A stretch of DNA of 64,000 bases from Octopus vulgaris (Eukaryota): assembly GCA_951406725.2 (NCBI GenBank), contig OX597814.1:100192001-100256000 (forward strand), read 5' to 3'. Both the position numbers and the translations under genes were made by a program. The notes below the pieces were generated by a model. The model had not been told where the DNA came from. It made no database searches and saw nothing but the letters and a program-made list of their open reading frames with translations. Numbering within the stretch: the stretch's first letter is position 1; every line of letters starts with the position of its first letter. Shown here one piece after another: positions 30,063 to 45,144 of this stretch.

Positions 30063-30657
30063 GATATGTACATACACATATACGTGTGGGTGCATGAGTA
30101 GTCATACACGTGTTTGAGCTTGTGTGTATGTGTCTCTGTGTGTGAGTGTCTGTGCGTGCGTGTGTGCAGACGGAGAAAATTGGGTGCAGGGAGAGAAAGA
30201 GATTAACAGGGATATGGTATATTAACAGACTTAAATAGACATCACATGGTAAGCTAATATCTATTGAGGAGATAAATACGTCATAACTAGACACTTTTGA
30301 AAATTGAGATAGAAAGTAAATATGACTTGCTTGAAAAGAGAAAACAAAAAGTTCCTCTATTGCCCGATCTGTCTCCTCTCGCTTTATATAAAATACACAT
30401 ATGCATTCACACACAGAAATACACTCAGATATGCACATACACACAGAAATACACTCAGATATGCACACACACACACGTATATATGTATATATAACCATAC
30501 ACACATACACACATGTGAGTATATATATGTATGTGTGTGTGTGTGTGTGTGTGCGTTTGCTGTATACACAATCACACACACACACAGATATACACATAAT
30601 ACTTACATTTATATACATACATATAAATATATATTTGCACATATATAAATGTATGTA

Positions 30658-30741
<84 letters not shown>

Positions 30742-30777
30742 TTTCCATATATATATATAAATGTTTATATTCATTGC

Positions 30778-30810
<33 letters not shown>

Positions 30811-30833
30811 ATATACATATATATGTATATAAA

Positions 30834-30872
<39 letters not shown>

Positions 30873-31078
30873 GTGTGTGTATATATATATGTATATATGT
30901 GCATATATTTATACATATATGTATGTTTATCTTATTAATAAATTTCAGGGTATCCAAAAAATTTAGAAAGTTTTTGCTACCAGTGGTCACTTATGTGTAT
31001 AAATGTATACTGTATTTTTATATGTATGTATATATGTATATATATATTTGTATATATATGTGTCCGTATATATATGTG

Positions 31079-31143
<65 letters not shown>

Positions 31144-31982
31144 ATAAACACGCACGTTCACACAAAGTCTCTCATCAGCTATAACATGCACATACCTATC
31201 CACCCCTAGCTATACACACTCATGCGCACGTAGTCATGTGTGTGTGTGTGTGTGTGTATGTGTCATGCGACGTATTGCTGTTATGTATTCTGATTTGACA
31301 ACTCCTTCAAATTGATATATGTTGTAATTGTATCAAGCAAAGATGAAATAACCTAAGACTCTTCTTTTCTCCAGGGGTTTTCCTTCTTTCTGTTGAATAT
31401 CTTAATTTCGTTTAACGAGAAGTCAAAATATTATTACCAAAAAGTAACGCCGAAATGAGACGATGGAAAGAAGATTGGTACAAAACATAAAGTAAGATTT
31501 GTACGCTCGAAGATAAATTATTTTCAATTATTTCGGAATACCTATAACGTTAGCAAATAATTATAATAAAACGATTAATTGCAGACAAGTGTGGGAGCGA
31601 AGTTTAGTTAGGAAGTCAGTTTCGTAATCTCACGTTTTCGGTTTCGATTCTACTGCAGAGCCCCTTATACGCATTAGGTGTCTCTGTATGTATATATATA
31701 TATATAATTATGAGTGTGTGTGTGTGTGTGTGCGTGTCTAATATCTGGTATAATTTTAAACAGGGCAAATTTTATACATTAGTATCAGCGCTAAGCAATG
31801 ATGAGGCTAAACGAACTTTTAATAAGAGTTCATATACATATATACATGTGTGTGTGTATGAGTGTGAGAGAGAAAGAATGAGAGGGAGAGAGAGAAAGAC
31901 ATTTCTCTACCACTCGTCTTTCTCCCACGCACCTTTTCTGTAAATACAGGCACACACACACACTCATACGCACGCACACGCA

Positions 31983-31985
<3 letters not shown>

Positions 31986-32060
<75 letters not shown>
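31986..32060. repeat. (CA)n microsatellite
   Basis: Visible directly. Confidence 0.95.
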
Positions 32061-32062
<2 letters not shown>

Positions 32063-33224
32063 GCTTTCCTGTTTCGATTCCCAGCCGAAGAATTACAACA
32101 ATTTTGTTATGTGAAATTGGCAACATCCCGCCGTTGCTGGTTAATTTCTTTCGAAAACTTAGAACAACTTTACAACGAAATACTCTCTCTATATATATAA
32201 ACGCTAATTAGTGTCAGTGATTAATTGATTCATTAGTGAAATGACTTAAGTATCTATTCTTAGGTACATACATAAATATATCTATGAGTGCAGATATGTA
32301 CACACATACGTGTATAATTTATTACACATATTTTTCATACGTCTCCTCACAAGCTCAAACACAGACACGTGTATATGTCTGTGCGAGCGTGTCTGTTTAT
32401 GCGTCTTGTCTGTGTGGATATCCGTCTATGATATTGTATAGGTATGAATTCATCATCATGTAATTATTGTTTAATTATTTAACTACATATCATGCTAATT
32501 GAACCTGATGAGAAAATTACTTTTGCTGGTAATTAAACCCTGTCTTGAGATACACTTACAGGAAAGTATTTTCTTTTTCTTTCAAAATCTTTAAACATTT
32601 AGCAACTTCTTTTACTGAGAATTTTTCAAAGATACCAAGTATGAAAATATGTAAAATGAATATGTGTATGTCCCTTTGATCGAAAAAAAAAACCCAGAAA
32701 AATTTATTTAAAATTTAAAAAATTATGTGACTATTGAATTATTATATTGGCTTGCAATGTTGATTTGCTCTCAAATCAAAAACTAAGTGTTCGGAAGAGA
32801 AATCGAAAAACCGCTCTTTAAATATAAATCAGATCTTCGATGTTGAATATAAAGAAGAAAAAAAAGAATAGAAAATTAAGGTAATGAAATTTAAAACATT
32901 TTCAAAAATTTCATAGCATCCCGAGAGCCAAATTTTGAACACTAATTTTCTGTTGTTTAGCGGATTTGAATACTGATCTGTTTTCGTTTGATATAACGAT
33001 AGAATATTGAAGATAAGATTTATATCGATATCTTAGTACTCATCAGTGACAGCTTTATAAACACCAAAGGTATGTACTAAAGACAATGCCACTGAGGTAA
33101 AATTTAAATTTTAAAAAAAGCTTGCAGTAGTTTTGAACTCGAAAGGTATCCATTCGTCACGATCTAAGATACTGAGAATTGAGAATTGCTCATATATTTC
33201 AGATAATCCTTTCTACAACACAGA

Positions 33225-33800
33225 ATGCCTGAAATTTTCTAGAGTAGGGGGAACGATCATAACAGCTACTCCAGTACTCAACTAATACTTCTTTCATCGA
33301 CGCAGAAAGGATGAAAGATCAATCTACGAGATTTGAACTCATAAAGATGAATGAAATGCTGTTAAACATTTTGTCCGACGTGTTCGCTTTTTTTAAACTT
33401 TAGGTTGTATATATTTATGAAGTAAATTTCTTTCAAACAGGATTTGATCGGGCTCACATGCAAGTTTCTAATAGGACTTGCCGCCACTATTTTATGAAAT
33501 ATTTCCTTACGTTTAACATCAAATTTATAGAAGGAAAGAATAAAATTGGTTTCAAGCTTAGGCACAAACCACCATGTAATTATGTAAGACGTTGAGCTCG
33601 CAGAATCGTTAGAAAATCGGATTAAAATTGCTTCGAGGAATTTGTTTTTAGTGTTTGTATTCTGAGACCCTATCAGGTGATCTTTAAGGTGGTGATAATA
33701 AAAAAATGTACACATCTAAAGCGGTGGATTGGCAGAACTATAATGATTTCGGACCGGATGCCTTGAGGGATTTGTTCCTGCGCTCGGAGTTCTGAGTAAA
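33225..33800. mobile_element. Degenerate SINE family B fragments in both orientations
   Basis: gaaaggatgaaag...atttgaactca (33300-33340, minus); gcagaatcgttag (33600) and gttctgagtaaaaattcc (33790, plus). Confidence 0.45.
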
Positions 33801-34839
33801 AATTCCACATAGATGCATAAAAGGCACGCACTCTGGTGAACCCGCAGGCTCTAGTGTGGTAATTAAAAAAAATTCTCGAAACAAATACCAGCTCCAAATG
33901 GATGGTGTTGGACGAAGGTGTGATGAGTCATGACAAAAGGATTGAAAACAGAATCTCGACCCGGATTCGGAATCAGAACTTAAAGAGAACTTACTGAATA
34001 TAAGCATAGCAATTTATGTCTGGCATTCGTTAGGTTTCTGCCGATTCATTACCGAGTTTATAACCTTATAATATCTTCGTGCCGTACCTTTCTCAAACAC
34101 GTCGTAGATTTCAACTGAGAAAATCATTTTACACAGGAATCAACCCACAGCTAAATTCTTCGCCTCCTCTTATGCAAAATTTATAGCTACATACATACAT
34201 ACATGTATACATACCATACACATATGTGTATGTATGTGTGCATGTGTTTGAGTGTGTGTGTGTGCGTGTGTGTGTCTGTGTGTGTGTGTGTTAATCGACA
34301 TATACGATTGAAGTTCTTAGAATAAATTCAATAGCGGCATGTAGTAAAACCAGTGAATACTAAGAAGCGGAAATACCTAGCTGTGTTAATTAGTTTTCCT
34401 AATTAATAAGAAAGATATAGATATAAATTAACAGATATAAAGTTTATGTAACTGGAGTACTGGAGTTATTGGAGTAATTGAGAATTTACGTGAAAATATA
34501 AAGTAATTAACGATGGAAGTGATAACGCGCCCTCCTGTAGTCATTAACATTCCACCCTTCTTCATGCTGAGCCGAACTCATGTCAGTTACAATCGATATG
34601 ATATTTGTTTAATTTTTTTTTTGTTTTGTTTTGTAGCCAGGAGGAAAAGCTTGTGCGCATGACCCATTACAAACACTCTAAAACTGTTAGAAGTTATCTT
34701 CAAACTTGTATTCTGACTTCAGAGTCTGCAACAAAGTGGACTCAGCGGAAGTCTGCATAAGCCAAGTACATAATATATATTTAAAATATATTACTGGTAC
34801 TTAGAAAGGCGCAATAGTAAAGTAGACGAATGAATGAAT

Positions 34840-35080
34840 CGAAGCCCAGTATTTCCTTTTATAAGCCTGGTGTTTATTTCACCGGCATCTTTTGCTGAAC
34901 TGCTAAGTTACGGGGGCGCAAACACCAGAACCGGTTGTCAAGCGATACGACGGACTTCTTTCAGTCTCCGTCTATAAAATCCACTCAGAAGAGACTTGCC
35001 CAGGGTGCTACGCGGTGGGACTGAACACAGAATCATGCGGTTGGGAAGCAAGCTTCTTACCACACAGCCACACCTGCGCC
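34840..35080 (-). mobile_element. SINE family A copy (deleted internally)
   Basis: Ends in accacacagccacacctgcgcc, the reverse complement of the head at 58984. Confidence 0.85.
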
Positions 35081-36104
35081 TATCCATTTACGAAATATGT
35101 TGAATCTAGGGGGGAAAATACCACTCATAATTCCTGCAGTCTAAATAAAGCTGACATTCTATATATTGAGGCAGATTAAATCGATGCAAACTGCTTTCAA
35201 AATGTGAATTTCCAGAATTAATTGAACGTCGGATAAAAAGCTTTACGTTCTGGTATCGAGTCCCGCTGAGGCCATAAGTGACTTTCGTCCTTCTAGTGTG
35301 GAGAAACAAAAAAAATCAAGAAACTTTATTTTCTATCTGTGCAGTACGGTGCATTGGGACGTTTTTTCTTTTAAGTTTTAGTTACTTCATGAGGAGAGTT
35401 TACGAGCCCCTCAAAAAACAACGTAGTTAGTTCGGTCAGAGAAAGAGACGAGGAAGAAAACGGGGGGACGGAGAAGAATAATAAGAAGATGATGATGAAA
35501 CGATCATCATCCAATTCCATTCTTTTCTCCAGGCCTTGACTGTCACTAACCGAAAGAATAAAAGGCAAAGATGACTCCGCTCAGCGATATTTTTAAATCA
35601 AAAAGCGCAGAGAACCGTAACAGACACCACAAGGTATTCTGTACGACGCACTAATGATTCGGTCAAATTACAGTCATTAGTCAAATGGTGGTAGTATAGG
35701 AAGAGGAGTCGGTTTAATAGTATATTGCTTCCCTTAAAACAATTAGGCTGTGGTAATGTCGAAAGCCCAAAATTAAAGACCCGGAGAAATCTTCTAAGGC
35801 AATAAGGTTCAGAATTGTGCAAGTGAAACTTCGTAAACATGAGATAAAATAAGAAAGTTTGTTTCAAGATAAAGTGAAATAAGTGTGGACTCTATTGCCA
35901 GATTAACTAGATATTGTGTAAGGTTGAGATATCTGTGTGCGCGCACGTGTGTGTGAGTGTCTATGTGTGTATACACAGAGATATACACATACACATATAA
36001 GCATATGGACATATATACATGAATATATGTAATGTATGTATGCATATATATATGTGTGTGTATATATCTGTAAATATAATATGTGACAATTATTCGGTAG
36101 CCAT

Positions 36105-36165
36105 GATAAAACTCCGAGTTTCGGATGCCGAGGTGGAAATCCATGCCGCCATCTCTTCAGTTATC
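36105..36165 (-). ncRNA. Candidate type I hammerhead ribozyme with intact core
   Basis: GATAA-CTGAAGA-GATG...CATC-C-GAAA-CTC-G-GAG-T-T-TTATC. Stem I 5 bp, near-palindromic stem III, GUU site. Confidence 0.7.
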
Positions 36166-36210
36166 CGGCTATCGGAAAAAATGCTATGAAAATCTTTTTT
36201 CCGATGGCCG

Positions 36211-36271
36211 GATAACTGAAAAGATGGCGGCGTAGATTTCCACCTCTGCATCCGAAACTCGGAGTTTTATC
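36211..36271 (+). ncRNA. Mirror hammerhead copy with a core mutation (CTGAAAA)
   Basis: Same layout as 36105-36165 but G8 is A, so probably inactive. Confidence 0.55.
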
Positions 36272-36373
36272 ATGGCTACCGAATAATTGTCACATATTAA
36301 TTACATTTACAGATAAATTTCTCGACATAATATTGAGGTCTCATTCATTCTTTTGTTATCTTACCATTTTTAT

Positions 36374-36423
<50 letters not shown>

Positions 36424-36505
36424 CATGTGTATATACACACACGCAAACACACACACACACACACACACACAAGGATCTATCTATCTGTCTCTTCAGTGTG
36501 TGTGA

Positions 36506-36536
<31 letters not shown>

Positions 36537-37052
36537 GACGTACACTTACGCACACCCTCTCTCTCTCCCTCCCACTCTCTCACTCACACACGCGCACGTA
36601 CACACGCACGTACACACGCACGTACACGCTCACACAAACACAATTATACATACCATAAACCAATAGTTGTCAGTCCGCTCAGAAACAATTCCCAGACCAA
36701 CAATATTTAGGAAACAGCAAATGATATTTATTCTTCCCTTTATTCAGTTGTAGCAAACGAAATAACTTTATTAATTTCATTCTCTCACACCTGTCATTTA
36801 CAGTGTGATTCCGAATTGATGAAACTGTCACCTCTTGTGAGGGTCACTATTTTAATATCATTGATGTTTATTTAGTACGACTTGTCCTTCCTAGATTGGA
36901 CAGCTCGCTTGTAAACCAAGGAATGCGTATGCAGGGACGGCGATGGCCTGCGTTAGGGACAGGAGGTTGACTCTCATATATGTGTGTATGTGTGTATGTG
37001 TGTGTGCGTGTGTGCGTGTATATATATATATGTGTGTGTATGTATATATGCG

Positions 37053-37090
<38 letters not shown>

Positions 37091-37204
37091 TATATAAACT
37101 ATAAATTACATATATGTGTAGATATTGTACTCCTCGCCGATACATGCTTGTACACATATGTACACTCAAAACCATATGATATATATCTATATATGCATAC
37201 ATTC

Positions 37205-37251
<47 letters not shown>

Positions 37252-37850
37252 TTATACATACATATATTTACATATTTTTATATATTCATAAATACATACA
37301 TAAATACATGTATAATACACGTACACACACAAATATATATGTATATATATATATATATTTGTGTGTATGTGTGTGTATGTATATATATATATAGACAAAT
37401 TCATATTTATGTATCAGTGTATCTGTGTGTCTATCTGTCAATTTATACACATAAACACACACACATATGAATATATACATGGGTACACATGCGTGCGCGC
37501 ACGTGCACACACACACACAGACACACAGACACACAGACGCATATACATAGGCATAAGGATTAAAGTCAACGTGAATCATATTGTTTTGAAATGGACGGTA
37601 AATAAGACGTGAAGCAGCCTCGTGATGAAATTCAAACCGTTTACAAACTCATTTACAGCGTTGAGTGAAATAAATAGTTCCTTTATAGGGGTTATTCGCA
37701 GCAAGTGAACGAGTTATTCATACTTAAACGTGTAAGGATATGTAAATGCTTATGGCCATAAACACTCAAACATATGTATACACAAACGTGTACATAAACA
37801 CACATACCATTACGTATATTAGATTTACACACTTTATGTTCATATGTGTA

Positions 37851-37903
<53 letters not shown>

Positions 37904-38199
37904 CGCAAATGTATACCTATATATAATACACGCAGACACCTATATATATATAATACACACAAATACACACACACATATATATATATATATACACACATAT
38001 ACATATGTATATCAATGTTTGTTTTTATGTTAAGTTATAATAAAAACAACTTTACATGAATCAGAAGGGCTGCTCTATACTTTTGTAAAGTAGAAATTTA
38101 TCATTCTTTAACACACCTAGTATTGATAGTGACTTCGAAGCTATCATATGGCTGTCCGATAATCACTACAGGAACTTTAAAATGCTATCGTTGTTAGAG

Positions 38200-38254
<55 letters not shown>

Positions 38255-38712
38255 CATTTCAAAATGTATCTACTTGTCGATTTTTGGCGATTTTTTTTCT
38301 GTTAGAATCTTTTACATTTATAGGTGAGTTCTCAATCAGCGCAGGCATGAGATTATGCAACACAACAACGTGTAGGGGTAGTGGTTCTTGGCAATCATTC
38401 GGACTGTTACAAGTAGCAGACAAAATGTCCCTCAAATCATGGCCTCAAATCTGCTTTAAAAGTTAAAAATGATGGAAAAGAACGATACACAGAAAAAGAA
38501 TTACACAATATGGGGACGTGACAATAGGGACGCGACAACAGAGGCGCATTAGATAATACGTTTGATCAATCCTCAGGTTGACTTCAGGCTATGCATCCCT
38601 GCAAAAACACCAACACATTGAAAGCAAATTGCACACACCCATACTGATATAGACTGAAACTCACACACATACTCACGTGCGTGTGCAAATGAAATTATAT
38701 GTCTGTCGCATA

Positions 38713-38896
38713 GAGATTAAAGAAAAAATACGACGATTATTTTAGTGAAATATTTTCATTCATGTAAGTAGCCGTACTCGATTCTAGATTTTAAAATTAT
38801 ATTAATATATAATTTTAAAATCAAGAATCGGGTATGGCTAGTCACATGAATGAAAGTACTTCACTAAAATAATCGTCGTATTTTTTTCTTAATCTC
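38713..38896. repeat. Foldback hairpin of about 184 bp (MITE-like or inverted duplication)
   Basis: gagattaaagaaaaaatacgacgattattttagtgaa... / ...ttcactaaaataatcgtcgtatttttttcttaatctc, loop about 4 nt. Confidence 0.9.
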
Positions 38897-40319
38897 CAAG
38901 CTAAATCTTTAATCAATGTTGAAGTTAACTCTTAAATCACTAATCTAAATCTCTAGTCACGATTTCAACTTTGCGTTTCAGCTTAAATCCCACAATCACT
39001 TTGAGAGGCTAAACTTTAAATTCTCAAATATCACAGGCAGTTCACGTATGTATCTGTGTGTATGTTTGTGTGCATGCGCGCATTTGTGTGAAATCAGAAT
39101 CAACATGGAACATTCATAGGTAAGTCGATATATTGTAAAGTAATTATATTATTTAATGCACTTCTTAGGGAGTTACAATCACCAATGAAGGATTCGTCAT
39201 GGCCACGACGCGATCAACGCCCATTTGAGTAGAAATTCAGCGCTGGGATAGCCTGTATGTACGTATGTATGTATGCATGCATACACATATGTATGTGTTT
39301 ACCTTATTTATCTACATCTGTGTGAGTATGTGCGTAATAAATGTTGCTTAAATCGCAAATTTTAAATCCAGAGGCAAAGAAAAAAACCTACAGAAGCACA
39401 TTTGCTAGCGATACGAATCCGAGGGAAGCATTGGAAACTAATTAGCTTCAAGAAAAAAAAAAGCTAATAATAATAAGTGTAGGAGAGTTGTCACAGGAAA
39501 AACCTTTGCTTGCTTTCCCGACGAATTTATCGAAGAAAGGGAAAGGGACAATAATCATACATGTGTTTTTGAAAAAGTGGAGGGGTGTTCCATAAGCCAC
39601 CGAAAAAAAGACGAGCTGAAAAACGTGGCCTGTATTTGGCCCGATAATCGTTCCAACGATTAGGGAAGAGTAAATGGACGTCAGCATCTAGCTTTGAAAG
39701 TCGAGGTTTAGGTGTGAAAAAAAATGGAGCTAACGGCCTCGTGACTTCAAAAAAAATGATGCCATAGTATTCGGAGAAAAATCTCGAGGACCCAAGGTTT
39801 TATAGAGAGTACAAATTAGTACAACATATCTTGTGGTTTCATAAAAGGTGACTAAATGGGTATCCTGCTGTAAAATACTCCCTCGGACGGTAATGTTCTC
39901 TACAACAGCGGCGATGATGATAATAGAAGGGATAATGATAATGATGACGATCATGAGCGAGCCACACGTGCAATAACTCCCAAAACACTTAACATCGACT
40001 GATGCCGATGATGATGGTTATGATGATGATGTTGAGGCGATAGGATAGAGTAGGTGTAATTCAGTTACGCCCCTTTGCTTTCAGAGTTCAAATCAGATCG
40101 ATGGTTGGGAATTTTAACTTAGCCCAAGTACAACTACGCATAAGATGTATTTTGTGACTTACTGCATGCGTTCAAAACATTATCATTATTAATATATCAT
40201 TAATATCGAGATAATACTAAATTAAATATTACGTTTATATTAACATCTTGCCATTATGACATACATGGACTAGATATCAGAGGCCATAATATAATTCGAT
40301 ATGTCTTTTATTTTCAACT

Positions 40320-40715
40320 TTTATCTTTCACTTGTTTTAATCAAGAAACAGCGACTATTCTGTAGTAGAGCTTTGGAGGGTTTAGTCGACAAATCGACGC
40401 CAGTACTTATCCTATCATCCCCTTTGCAGAAATGTGGAAGTAAATAAACCAACACTCGTTATAAAGTGTTAGTGGGGCACAATTACAAATACGAAGATCC
40501 ACAGACGTACATATATATATATATATATATTTGTATAATATAATGTATATTATATATTATAATATTGAAGTCGGTCTTTCTTCAGTTTCCGTCTACCATG
40601 TCTATCCAAAACTCTCGGGGCTACAGATTTAAAAGTTACCAAGAAGTCATACAGCGGGACTGAAACTGGAACTACGTGGTTGAGAAGCAAGCATCTTACC
40701 ACAGAGACACTCGCA
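40320..40715 (-). mobile_element. Degenerate SINE family A copy with internal TA tract
   Basis: ttcagtttccgtctacca...gggactgaa...cttaccacagagacac; 3' part tttagtcgac-aaatcgac.ccagtactta. Confidence 0.7.
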
Positions 40716-40766
<51 letters not shown>

Positions 40767-41302
40767 ATATATACACGTACGTATATATACATATGTCCGT
40801 ACCCCACTCACCGTATATTATATAAAACGTTTGATTAACTCCAGTAGAGTTCTAAGCCAAATTTATAACATTCATTTTTTGGCTCAATCAGTAGGTCGCC
40901 ATTTTACTTAGCCTGTGACGCTCATGATTTTGTTTAAGTCATGCTCCACACAACATTTGGGCGTATCTTAAAAAATACCTCAAGCGTTATTACTACATAG
41001 ATGGTTGTGTTAATATATAAATACCATGCAATAACAAATACTATGTTTATAGAGGAAAGTAACGCTGAAACGGGTTCATTTCAATGGTTCACGTCATACA
41101 GTTAGATAAAACTTATATATACATTCAAATGTAGCCGAGTAAAAGAACTTAACACTCACTTCCGTGCGATCAATACGCACTTGCATGGGTACGTACATAC
41201 TAACAGACACAAATCATAAACAAACAGACAGACAGGCAGACAGACAGATTGGGAAGGAGATAGATTAGATACATAAACAGACAGACAGACAGACAGACAG
41301 TC

Positions 41303-41369
<67 letters not shown>

Positions 41370-41428
41370 GAGATAGATAGATAGATTCTTAGGTAGATAA
41401 ATGGATGGATGGATGGATAGAGGGATAA

Positions 41429-41488
<60 letters not shown>

Positions 41489-41573
41489 ATAAAGATAGTG
41501 GATACCGTTAAAAGTGAAACTGGTGAAATAACAATTGAGGGCAAGCTATACAGTGTAATATTGATGATGATGA

Positions 41574-41576
<3 letters not shown>

Positions 41577-41653
<77 letters not shown>

Positions 41654-41676
41654 ATAATAATAATAATAATAATAAT
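41577..41676. repeat. (TAC)n(TAA)n compound microsatellite
   Basis: Visible directly. Confidence 0.95.
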
Positions 41677-42027
41677 AGGAATAAAGTGAATGTTAAACGA
41701 TATTTGCTCTTCCAAGACAAATTATATTTGTCTCTAACAAATTCTTTGAGGAAATACTAGTTTTCAAAGAGCCATCATATTGATACAGACACACAGAAAT
41801 ATATACTTATAAAAATATATACATATACTTATATTCACAGATACAAATAAACGTACACATATACATACATAAATACAAACATATGGATACACACACATGC
41901 ATATATACACATACATGTGTGTCTATATATATACTTGTATATATATACATAATATATATGAGTATATATATATATGTATATGTATATATACATACATATA
42001 TATATATACATACACACACACACACAC

Positions 42028-42097
<70 letters not shown>

Positions 42098-42542
42098 TAT
42101 ACATTAGATTTATATTATCATATATATTATATTTTAAATATATGAGGGAGAATAGCAATGACATACATCTTTGAACGGCACAAAATATTAGATGTATATT
42201 TTGTTTGTAAATATATATACATACAAATATAAATACAATAAAAATACATAACACATTATGCTAAATTTCCCTGTAAAGATGTTTCAAAAATTTTAAAAGA
42301 TTTACATTTTTTTCCTTCTTCTTTTCTATTTTCTATTTATTTATTTTAGGGAATCTCCGTTGAAACAAATACAAACGTTGACATATGGATTTTGCGTATT
42401 TCAACAGTATATACATGCAGGTACAAACACACACATACGTATGTATGTATGTATGTATGTATAAAGATATATATATATATATACATATACATATGTATAT
42501 ATATATATACATATACATACATAGATATATATAGATACATAC

Positions 42543-42606
<64 letters not shown>

Positions 42607-42745
42607 CTATACATCTATATTATATTTTATATATATTCATTTATATATATACATCTATATATACATACCTGTATATATATATATACATCTACATATATAT
42701 ATATATATATCTGTAAATATATATATATATATATATTATATGTAA

Positions 42746-42794
<49 letters not shown>

Positions 42795-43415
42795 CTTATA
42801 GTCAATCAAGTTATGATCATACTATGGCTGGGTGAAATTCCAAAGTTTGATTCTTCATATGAGGTGGAAATATTCTTTAACGAAAAATCATAATCAAGTT
42901 TTTTGTAATATTATAGTATTTAATATGAGCTTCAATGAATATCATATTTGCCTCATCTGACTCCTACATATGAAGAGGAATTATGTACAATAAATTCAAC
43001 GTACTGACATCCACATAAATATATATATGTATACTGTTGGTCTGATATAGATACCATTAGATATGATTCCCGTGTGCATGTGTGTGCGTGTGTGTGTGAA
43101 CATATGTGTGCATATAATATAAATATATATTTATATATTTATAAAACATCGATTGTCAAGCGAAACTCATACACACACACACAACCTAAGATCACACAGA
43201 AAAAGAATACACAACATACAACCACTCTCACACACAACAAATACCATTCACATCAGCATAGAATATATACATCTGCCCATAAAATTATACCCGAAAGTAT
43301 AGAAGACTAAACACTTATATACGCACACGTGTGACACACATATATACGCGGGCGTGCTTAAGCATTAAGATATTTCCTGCAATACACACACTCACACACA
43401 CACACTCACGCTCAT

Positions 43416-43446
<31 letters not shown>

Positions 43447-43453
43447 CACTCAC

Positions 43454-43507
<54 letters not shown>

Positions 43508-43908
43508 TCTTGCATGCACGCATGCACGCACACAGAAACGTACACACACACCAGCACTGAGACGACGCACTCATACATATAAGGCATAGATAGACTGACA
43601 TTCACATAAACCTACACATGCACACACACACACACACATACACACGCACAAGCATTCACATGCACGCCCATGCACATGCACATACAAACACAAACACACA
43701 GAAAACAGACACTTGCCCGGAAGTGTTCTAGAAAGTTAACCTGAAAATACAGGTAACACACACACACACAGACATACACACACAACCAGACGAACAAACG
43801 TATACACACTCACACGTAGACACATAAAAACACGTACACGCATACACGTTAACACACATATACATACATGCATATACATATATATCTACATATCTGTATA
43901 TGTGTGGT

Positions 43909-43985
<77 letters not shown>

Positions 43986-44033
43986 CAGAGATGTATTTGC
44001 ATAGCAAGTGATTTGATCTGAGATCGTGTACTG

Positions 44034-44074
<41 letters not shown>

Positions 44075-44075
<1 letters not shown>

Positions 44076-44197
44076 ACAATTTCAGCACATGATCTCAGAT
44101 CATACACACATGCTTATATGTATACGTGTATATAAATATATGTGCAGAGAGAGAGAGAAAGAGAGAAATTGTGAGTGAATGAGAGAGAGAGAGAGAA

Positions 44198-44236
<39 letters not shown>

Positions 44237-44353
44237 TTCAGCACATGATCCCAGATCATACACACAAGCTTATATGTATACGTGTATATAAATATATGTG
44301 CAGAGAGAGAGAGAAAGAGAGAAATTGTGAGTGAATGAGAGAGAGAGAGAGAA

Positions 44354-44390
<37 letters not shown>
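44075..44390. repeat. Tandem duplication with period about 156 bp
   Basis: tacaatttcagcacatgatc... at 44075 and 44231, each copy ending in (GA)n-aaga-(TA)n. Confidence 0.9.
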
Positions 44391-44427
<37 letters not shown>

Positions 44428-44811
44428 CAATGCATGATGAACATTGTTGTTAATCAGGTAATGAATCTAAAATAGTTTAGCGTGTGGCGTTGGTGGGATT
44501 TACTAACTGGTTTCAAGAATAAACAGTCGTATATATATATATTCAATTATACCATCACAGATTAGATTTGCTTGGCTACGGTCGAAGGATTTTCTCTCAT
44601 CTATCAAATATGTATATACACACATGTTCTCACTTACATACAAATCTATAAAAAGGCAGAGTCGTATACGCACGAACCTAGACACATGTATGTATTTATG
44701 TTAAAAAAAAAAGAGAGAGAAGTACAAGTGTACAAGTATACTAAATATAGTTATTATCCTGATAGACTAGATATAGAACTGGATATATATATAAATATAT
44801 GTACGTGTGTG

Positions 44812-44867
<56 letters not shown>

Positions 44868-45049
44868 TATATACAGAGGGTCACACATATATATATAAGT
44901 ATATATATCTACATATGTATGTACGTGTGTGTGTACATATAAATTTGCATGCTTCAACGTATGCTTGTATTTACGTGCGAAAACACCTGCTTTCGTAGTT
45001 TCTGATATTCTCAGTAATAGGTGCACGAGTAGGTAATTTACAGCATATC

Positions 45050-45102
<53 letters not shown>

Positions 45103-45144
45103 CACACACGCACGCTCACACGCATACGGATGATCTTTGCATAT

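Larger units (their letters stand above)
36065..36315. repeat. Foldback of about 250 bp (arms about 115 bp, loop 13 nt) with a 3' tail to about 36378
   Basis: tatctgtaaat...atcggaaaaaa / ttttttccgat...atttacagata, with few mismatches. Confidence 0.95.

Noticed and set aside
32495-32550. CTGATGA...aattac/gtaatt...AAAC-cct-GTC hammerhead-like string
   Set aside because: It lacks GAAA and has no stem I pairing.
33819-33845. Partial resemblance to miR-124 (aaggcacgc...ggtgaa)
   Set aside because: There is a 5-nt insertion, a mismatched end and no precursor hairpin.
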